Shown: positions 58,102-64,000 of the stretch, in pieces
Layout: every line of letters starts with the position of its first letter
Position numbering within the stretch: the first letter of the stretch is position 1
Notes under the pieces: generated by a model
Database searches by the model: none
Told to the model about the DNA's origin: nothing
What the model saw: the letters and a program-made list of their open reading frames with translations, nothing else
Made by a program: the position numbers and the translations under genes
Assembly: GCA_000002435.2 (NCBI GenBank)
Contig: CM018793.1
DNA: 64,000 nucleotides
Reading direction: 5' to 3' (one strand)
From: Giardia intestinalis
Lineage: Eukaryota

Positions 58102-61100
58102 TTAATCCCTGTCTAGATGCAGCCCGTTGATTCTATCAAGCTCTTGTTGGACGGCTTCGATGTACCGTGCAGTTGCGGCCTTGAGCCATGCAAGAGACTC
58201 GGCTCCTTCTTTCAGCTGAGTCTGAAGCTGTGCAAAGTTACGCTCCAACTTTTTATGTGCCTTTTCGACCTTAATCCGTAGTGCGTTTTCTGTCCTCGCG
58301 CGCGCCCGCATCTCCTTTCTTTCTGCGTTAGCCTTTTCATACTTCAGGCGCCAATTGCAGGCGCTTTCCGTCAGCTCTATAAGCTTTTCTTCCACTGCTT
58401 CAATTCCTTTGCTCTCCTTCGTTGGAGCAGTAGCGTTTTCCTCTCCATCACTGCGATCACTCTGAATACAGGTCTTGATCTCGATGAGTGTCGAACGAAC
58501 GTTTCGAATTTGCTCTGTAATGCCCTGTCTGGTGTGTTCTGCCATCTGGATCTGCTCTTGAAACGAATTGTGCTCAGCAATCTTCAGAGAAAGCTGATGA
58601 TTGATGCTCTGCAGGCGGGTTATCTCCTCCGTCTGCTCTGCGAGCTTCTTCACATAGCTAGCGTTGTACTCTTTAAAGCGTGTGTTCTCTACCTCGAGGA
58701 TCTCAATTTGCTCTTCCAAGTACTTTTGCTTTGCATCGTTGCAGTTGCTCGTGGCGTCAACTATACTCTTCAGTGTCTGCTGGATGCTTTCATGAGCGGA
58801 CCGTATGTCGTGTGACGTGCTTTGCTGCAAGATGTGCTCCACTGTATTTGGTACCGTGCCCTCTGTATGATGACTAGACTGCTCATGTGCTTGTTTAACA
58901 TCTATATTAGACAGCTGCAAGGCTAGGGCATCTGCCTTGACACCTGATAACGACGCGCTTTTATCATGGTCCAAAATAGCGAGGGCGTTGGCAGCAATAG
59001 GAGCAGATGCTGCGCGCACGTGTTCCCGCACGTGTTCTTCCCAAGCTTGAAGCTGAACATTTGTTTCTAATACCCCCTTCTTCAGATCTGCTATATTTTC
59101 TATCAAAACACCAGGGTCGATGGTTGTCTTTGCCGTGGCTAAATCTCGAATGTACTCTTTGAGAGCTGTCTCGTTTGTAGACTGCGGCAGTCCAAGATGT
59201 AGAGCTAAGTCAACAATAAGGCTTTGCCGGTCTTGCTCCATCGTATCTAGTCTGCTATTGAGGCGGACGATGTTCTCAAGAAGCGCCTGCAGGAGATCCG
59301 CATACAGGAGGAGCTCTGGAGATGCCGCATTTTCTGTGTGAGCATCCTGCTTTTGAGACTGCTCGGGTGTACGAGTAGCAAGTGCTTTCCGTACTCTGTT
59401 AAATGCAAGTTCAGTGGTGCGTGCTACAGAAGAAATGTTTTCGTTATTTGTCCGAACATGATCAGAAATAAGCCGAAGCTCATTCTGCAGCGTCGCAATG
59501 ACGTCTAGAGAGAGACCCGTTTTACAGGGGTAGTTGGTGGGATTTAGCTGAGCACTCTCTACACTAAAGGCCTGCTCGGAAATCCGAACCTGTTGATCAT
59601 CCTTACTACATTGCGCTTGAAGATTGACGAGCTTAGCGTATTCGTTGAGCCGCTTCTCCATTCGTGCTGTGTGCTGATCAATGAGGCGTGCAAGTGTGGT
59701 AGTTGAGTTCTTCACGTCGTCGACAATGGTAACTGGCTCTTGCTCTAGTCCCAATATGCGATTTGTCTTAGCTATAGACTCCAAGAATCTATCTATTGTC
59801 AGGGAAGCAGAAGACGCTGCTGGGTCTTCGCCACCGGACTCTTTTTCTGAGAAGGTGGATACGAAGGGTTGAGTGTCCACTTGGACCCCCTGTGTGACCG
59901 TTACCAGTTGGTTAGGTTGTGTCCATCTTTCCTCTGTAGGCACAACAGGTCTGTGGAGCATTGCAGTGGAAGCCACAGGGAGAGGCTTTTCCATGGAGGA
60001 CATTTCTTCTTTCAAGTGACGTATCTGATTTTCGTACTTAGAAATTAGCTCGGTAGTATGCTTATAAGCTTGCTCTACTTCTGCTAACTGAAGAGTCAGA
60101 TGCTGATTTGATGCAGCGTAGTCCCGGTTTTCCTTCTGTAGAAGAGCACACATGTCAGTTGTTGAGGCCATGCTGGACAGCTGTTCCTGAAGCTCAGAGA
60201 TTTGCACTGCAGCCTGGTCATTCTGAGTAATTAATCTATCAATTATCTCTCTATTAGTACTGCAATCTGGACATCGGCTCACCGTGCTCTTCTCTAACAA
60301 ATCTACACCAGCTAACGTTGTAGGAACAGATGTAACGTTATTAGACACAAGAAGAGAAACATCATTAGTAGCTACCTTTTCTGTTTCCATAGAAACCGAA
60401 CGCCGTTTGGGCACAGGAAGCTCCGTCGCTTGCTTCATCTCATTTTGCTGATTATTATTGTCTGTCTGATTGATTTTAGACCTATCTAATTGAGCTGTCA
60501 GCTGCCGTATTTGTTCTGTCAATTCTCTGTTGGTTGCGTTGACAGTATCTAGCTCAGCCGTCTGTGTGTGAAGCTTTGCAATACAGACATTGAGCCTGTC
60601 AATCTCTGCTTGAAGCTCTACTACTTTGCCAGACAAGGCCTTAATTTCCTCTGTCTTTTGATTCAAAGTGTGGTCTTTCGCTGCTGATTCTGCATAAAGA
60701 GAGTCTATCCTGGCCTGCAAAGATCTGATTTCATTGGCAAATACTGTGGCTGCCTCCTGGTGCTTGTCAGCTTCTCCTCGCAGTGCTACGAGCTCTACAC
60801 CCAATTCAGTCACCATTTTATTAACATCGTCCTCTGCAAAAACCTTGCCAGGTGAGTTGTTATGAACGGCCTCGCCCAGATCTCGTGTCTCTTCTACCAA
60901 AAGAGTGGTCAAAGGAGTGGTATTGGTCATGGTACGAGCTACCTCTTTGGAAGCCGATGTGGTTGAATAGGCAGAATTAACGAGTAGCTCCTTCAGTTGC
61001 TTTCTAATCCCGTCGTTGGTGGTTCTAAACAGCAGAACCTCGGCTTGAGCTTTGTCGAGAAGCGTCTTGAGGCGATCTATCTCTGCAATTAGCTCTTTAT

Positions 61101-63144
61101 TGGTAGCCTCCAATCTTTTATATTGCTCATCAAGCTCTTCGAGTTCTTCTTCCAAATCACGCTTTTCCTGCATTAGAGTGTTGGCCTTTTTCACCGCAAA
61201 GTTGACCTGCGATTCTAATTGCGAGCACTTCTCCTTCAACACTAAGACAGTCTTTACCTTCCCTGTCTTATTATCTCCATCTGGTAACTCTGCAAAAGAC
61301 TGGGTAGATGTGGATGGAGGATCTTCTAAGAACCTTTCTCCTTCGGTTATATGATGCCCTGAACTCGTGAGGTCACAGACATCCAAGTCAGATTCACGGA
61401 TCCGCACCAAGGGGCGAATGGGTCTTGCGTTTTTTTCCTGCTGTGAAGATTGACTGACATCAATGCTTGAAATATGCCGGTCTGGAGACTTCATATTGAA
61501 TAGTTCCTGCATTCGCAGGTGTGTCTCCTCAAGCTGGTTGATTCTATTCTCCTGAATGGCGTACTTGCGGACAAGCTCGTCATATTGCCTCCGTAAATCT
61601 TCATGTGTGTCTTGTAATGCTTTGTAGGCAGTTTCGATCTGCTCAATCTCTCGGACCGCGTTGATTTTTTCTGTTTCCAGCATGGCCAGCTGCTGAGCAA
61701 GCTCTGCCATCTGAGTTTCTGAAAGCTCGACCTTTGGGTCTCGTTGTAATGCCGGTCCTGTGTCTTTGCCTGTAGTTGGACTAACAGTGAGAGGAACGGG
61801 CTTCTTTGGGGTGTCTGCCATAGCCTGCCGATAGGCTGGAGAGATACTTTTGGAATCACCATAATCGACACCCCCACGAGAAACCGGAGACACAGCAGAA
61901 GACGTTCGGGTTATATCCACAGCAGCAGGATCTCCCGGATTATTCATCATGACCTGAATCTCTGTTCTTGGCGGGCAGACCTGGCTTTCCTCAGCTGCTA
62001 GTTCGTCAAAGAAGTCTGTCGCCCTGAAGTTACTCGCTGTTCCAGCGTCTATAGTTAGCTCCGTGAGGTTGATTGGTTGGTGATTCTTCGCTCTTCCCCC
62101 ACGAGTAGATTGCAAAGTGCTTGCTGCATTGATTGGTTTTTCAGTCATCCCAAATGTTATGCTTTCTGGTGTGATCGATGAAACGTCTAGGCGTACCTTA
62201 AGGGGAACTTTCTTTGGCACACTCTCCTTGTTCTCTTCGTCCTGGCCGCCTGGACACTTGCCAGTATTTTCAGAATAAACTCTATCCAATTCTGCAGCCA
62301 AGATCTGGTTTTCTTCATAGAGCTCCTGGTTTAGCTTGATAAGCTCAGAGAGTTTCTGGGACATTGCAGGTTCCAAGTCTTCTGTGCCAACTCCTTCATT
62401 GACCCTGACTTTAGGACTATCCTGAGACTCGTGGTGGGAGTCTGTTTGAAGGCCGTTGCGTCTGAGTTCTTCTAGAGCTGCAGCAAGGTCGTTTCTCTCA
62501 TGTGTCAATGCGTCTATTTCTGCAGCATAGTTTTCCTTAGTAAGTAGTAGCGCCTTATAGTTTTCTATCTTGTTAGCGAGTATCTGGAGGTGAGCATCTG
62601 CTTCTAAGTGCTTCTCTCTCTCCTGCTCAAGCTCCTTCAGACGCTCAGTAATGCTATCTTTCTCTAAAATAAGAACTTTATTCTCTTCTCGGAGAGCCTC
62701 TAGTTCGCGTTGGAAGCCAGCATTAAGATTTGTAATTGACTGAGGAAGTGTTGTTCCACCTATATAACTAGGAGCAAACACGGGCTCACCTGCATAAGAA
62801 TCATCTATGTGTGCTACAGTATTTGTCCTTATCAACTCTTCTGGGGCCAGGTCCCGACCTAAATTCAATTGCTGCTCCAAGAAATTACATCGGTCTCTCA
62901 CTAGAAAATACTCCCTTTCAAGGGCTCTATACTTCTCATCATGAGGCTTCTTGATGCTAGATACCAGGTCGTGGGCGTCCACTTCCGTAAATCCCTTTCT
63001 AACGAGAACCTTAATGGCATTATCGATAGCACCTTGAATTTTGACATCCTGGCGAACAGAGATGTTCATGCTAAGCCCTGGCCTGGAGGTGCTATCCATC
63101 ATGGGCTGCGGGGCGAAACTGACCGTTTTGCCCGAGTTGGCCAT
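58102..63144 (-). CDS. Large coiled-coil protein of 1680 aa.
   Basis: Long heptad-rich segments throughout (E/L/K/Q-rich). ATG confirmed at 63144. No enzymatic motif seen. Confidence 0.75.
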   Translation of the reverse strand: MANSGKTVSFAPQPMMDSTSRPGLSMNISVRQDVKIQGAIDNAIKVLVRKGFTEVDAHDLVSSIKKPHDEKYRALEREYFLVRDRCNFLEQQLNLGRDLAPEELIRTNTVAHIDDSYAGEPVFAPSYIGGTTLPQSITNLNAGFQRELEALREENKVLILEKDSITERLKELEQEREKHLEADAHLQILANKIENYKALLLTKENYAAEIDALTHERNDLAAALEELRRNGLQTDSHHESQDSPKVRVNEGVGTEDLEPAMSQKLSELIKLNQELYEENQILAAELDRVYSENTGKCPGGQDEENKESVPKKVPLKVRLDVSSITPESITFGMTEKPINAASTLQSTRGGRAKNHQPINLTELTIDAGTASNFRATDFFDELAAEESQVCPPRTEIQVMMNNPGDPAAVDITRTSSAVSPVSRGGVDYGDSKSISPAYRQAMADTPKKPVPLTVSPTTGKDTGPALQRDPKVELSETQMAELAQQLAMLETEKINAVREIEQIETAYKALQDTHEDLRRQYDELVRKYAIQENRINQLEETHLRMQELFNMKSPDRHISSIDVSQSSQQEKNARPIRPLVRIRESDLDVCDLTSSGHHITEGERFLEDPPSTSTQSFAELPDGDNKTGKVKTVLVLKEKCSQLESQVNFAVKKANTLMQEKRDLEEELEELDEQYKRLEATNKELIAEIDRLKTLLDKAQAEVLLFRTTNDGIRKQLKELLVNSAYSTTSASKEVARTMTNTTPLTTLLVEETRDLGEAVHNNSPGKVFAEDDVNKMVTELGVELVALRGEADKHQEAATVFANEIRSLQARIDSLYAESAAKDHTLNQKTEEIKALSGKVVELQAEIDRLNVCIAKLHTQTAELDTVNATNRELTEQIRQLTAQLDRSKINQTDNNNQQNEMKQATELPVPKRRSVSMETEKVATNDVSLLVSNNVTSVPTTLAGVDLLEKSTVSRCPDCSTNREIIDRLITQNDQAAVQISELQEQLSSMASTTDMCALLQKENRDYAASNQHLTLQLAEVEQAYKHTTELISKYENQIRHLKEEMSSMEKPLPVASTAMLHRPVVPTEERWTQPNQLVTVTQGVQVDTQPFVSTFSEKESGGEDPAASSASLTIDRFLESIAKTNRILGLEQEPVTIVDDVKNSTTTLARLIDQHTARMEKRLNEYAKLVNLQAQCSKDDQQVRISEQAFSVESAQLNPTNYPCKTGLSLDVIATLQNELRLISDHVRTNNENISSVARTTELAFNRVRKALATRTPEQSQKQDAHTENAASPELLLYADLLQALLENIVRLNSRLDTMEQDRQSLIVDLALHLGLPQSTNETALKEYIRDLATAKTTIDPGVLIENIADLKKGVLETNVQLQAWEEHVREHVRAASAPIAANALAILDHDKSASLSGVKADALALQLSNIDVKQAHEQSSHHTEGTVPNTVEHILQQSTSHDIRSAHESIQQTLKSIVDATSNCNDAKQKYLEEQIEILEVENTRFKEYNASYVKKLAEQTEEITRLQSINHQLSLKIAEHNSFQEQIQMAEHTRQGITEQIRNVRSTLIEIKTCIQSDRSDGEENATAPTKESKGIEAVEEKLIELTESACNWRLKYEKANAERKEMRARARTENALRIKVEKAHKKLERNFAQLQTQLKEGAESLAWLKAATARYIEAVQQELDRINGLHLDRD

Positions 63145-63204
63145 GAGCTCTTTTGCAGTACAAAGTTAATTTACGTTGCCCTACGACCAAGCAGCCTGCC
63201 TCAA

Positions 63205-64000
63205 TCAGAGGAGTAAGTTGGTAGGGTCGTATCTAGATGCTTCTTCATGCTTCTTGATTGCCTCCGTAAAACTAGAGACAAGATGGTACCGAGCATCAAG
63301 CATTTTATAAGATCTCACCCCGGTCGATGGCAGCGGGTGCGATGCAGTCAGTCTGGAGTCCCTCTGCTCCGTGCTCAGAGTTACTACAGCATTCTCTTGA
63401 CGTTCTACCGGAAGTGCGATTACAGACTCATTCAGCTGGCCTGTACTAAATGAGATGATCTGCATACCAGCGAACATATCTGACGTAAGGTCCTCCGGGG
63501 AAAGAGGCACAGGTGGAGGTGCCGATGAACTCAGCGATCCTTCTGGGCCTTCTATTAGAATACCTTCGCATTCTTTGTTGAAGTCGCTGGGCGTGTCTGG
63601 CATTTGCATCGGTGGTAGTTGCTCGGAAAAATCAGCAGTGACTGGCCTGGTAGACTGTTCTCGCGCAAAGTGAAACGGTGAAGCTGTCTCTGAATATACA
63701 GAAACATCATTTGGGTGTCTGGGAGAAGCTACTTCAAGCGTAACTTGATTCTCGTACACAACAGACGATATCTCCTCCACGCTAGAAGACCCTGCGCCAG
63801 CCTCGCTACCTCGCTTCCCTGTTGTACTATGTCTTTCTATGATAAATTGAGTTCGCAGTTGCTGTGCTGATCTCACCCGATGTACTTGCCTCAAGATTGG
63901 TAGCTGCTTGGGACTCTGGCTCCGCTGAGGACTTCGGACAAGCGGCGAAACGATTTTTGTAACGCAATAGGTTTCGTCGGAGTCTTCACTTTGAACAGGT
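63205..64000 (-). CDS. Hypothetical protein, partial; its 5' end probably lies beyond the right window edge.
   Basis: The track ORF 63205..63894 starts at an alternative TTG. My hand translation upstream of 63894 on the minus strand stays open to position 64000. Confidence 0.45.
   Translation of the reverse strand, partial: PVQSEDSDETYCVTKIVSPLVRSPQRSQSPKQLPILRQVHRVRSAQQLRTQFIIERHSTTGKRGSEAGAGSSSVEEISSVVYENQVTLEVASPRHPNDVSVYSETASPFHFAREQSTRPVTADFSEQLPPMQMPDTPSDFNKECEGILIEGPEGSLSSSAPPPVPLSPEDLTSDMFAGMQIISFSTGQLNESVIALPVERQENAVVTLSTEQRDSRLTASHPLPSTGVRSYKMLDARYHLVSSFTEAIKKHEEASRYDPTNLLL

Noticed and set aside
1-64000. A prokaryotic reading of the window (operons, CRISPR arrays, mobile elements, defence islands).
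   Set aside because: The content is eukaryotic: VSPs with the CRGKA tail, fibrillarin with a GAR domain, dynein, SMC4 with long coiled coils, a V-ATPase proteolipid, NEK kinases, spliceosomal intron motifs and AGTRAAY polyA signals. No direct-repeat/spacer arrays, transposase or integrase genes were seen.

Overview
Gene-dense eukaryotic DNA with almost no introns, which I read as Giardia intestinalis (diplomonad) nuclear sequence. The grounds are: two cysteine-rich CXXC/GGCY surface-protein genes ending in the VSP-specific tail ...CRGKA, followed by the extended VSP polyadenylation motif CTTAGGTAGT[GA]AA; Giardia-type intron signals (donor GTATGTT, fused branch/acceptor ACTAACACACAG); ankyrin '21.1'-type and NEK-like kinase genes; and very short intergenic spacers. 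All family calls rest on my reading of motifs in the translated ORFs, not on database searches.

Content, left to right:
- 1-4274: a large minus-strand gene that runs off the left edge.
- An eRF3/HBS1-like translational GTPase.
- Several hypothetical proteins.
- A full-length ABCA-type ABC transporter.
- A kleisin (condensin CAP-H/Brn1-like) gene.
- One complete VSP, then a 5'-truncated VSP copy with no start codon, separated by a short GTGATAG-type tandem repeat.
- tRNA-Arg(ACG), five nt upstream of the ATG of a small tail-anchored SNARE-like protein.
- Fibrillarin.
- An internal coding piece of a dynein heavy chain. It has no start codon, begins directly after a 3' intron-half motif and ends at a GTATGTT donor. 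This is the signature of the split, trans-spliced dynein genes known from Giardia.
- SMC4.
- A second, duplicated tRNA-Arg(ACG) module sitting 10 nt upstream of an ankyrin-repeat/coiled-coil gene.
- A long S/T/P-rich protein with a TBC-like N-terminus.
- The V-ATPase proteolipid c subunit.
- A TPR protein.
- A cluster of S/T-rich ORFs and PGPxxY (STPGR) repeat ORFs, including two ORF pairs joined by 4-8 nt frame-shifted overlaps.
- Arginyl-tRNA synthetase.
- A long-chain acyl-CoA synthetase.
- Two tandem NEK-like predicted pseudokinases.
- A Yip1-family membrane protein.
- A 1680-aa coiled-coil protein.
- A partial gene at the right edge.

Most 'M' starts in the ORF track are alternative TTG/GTG starts, so I give the first in-frame ATG instead.
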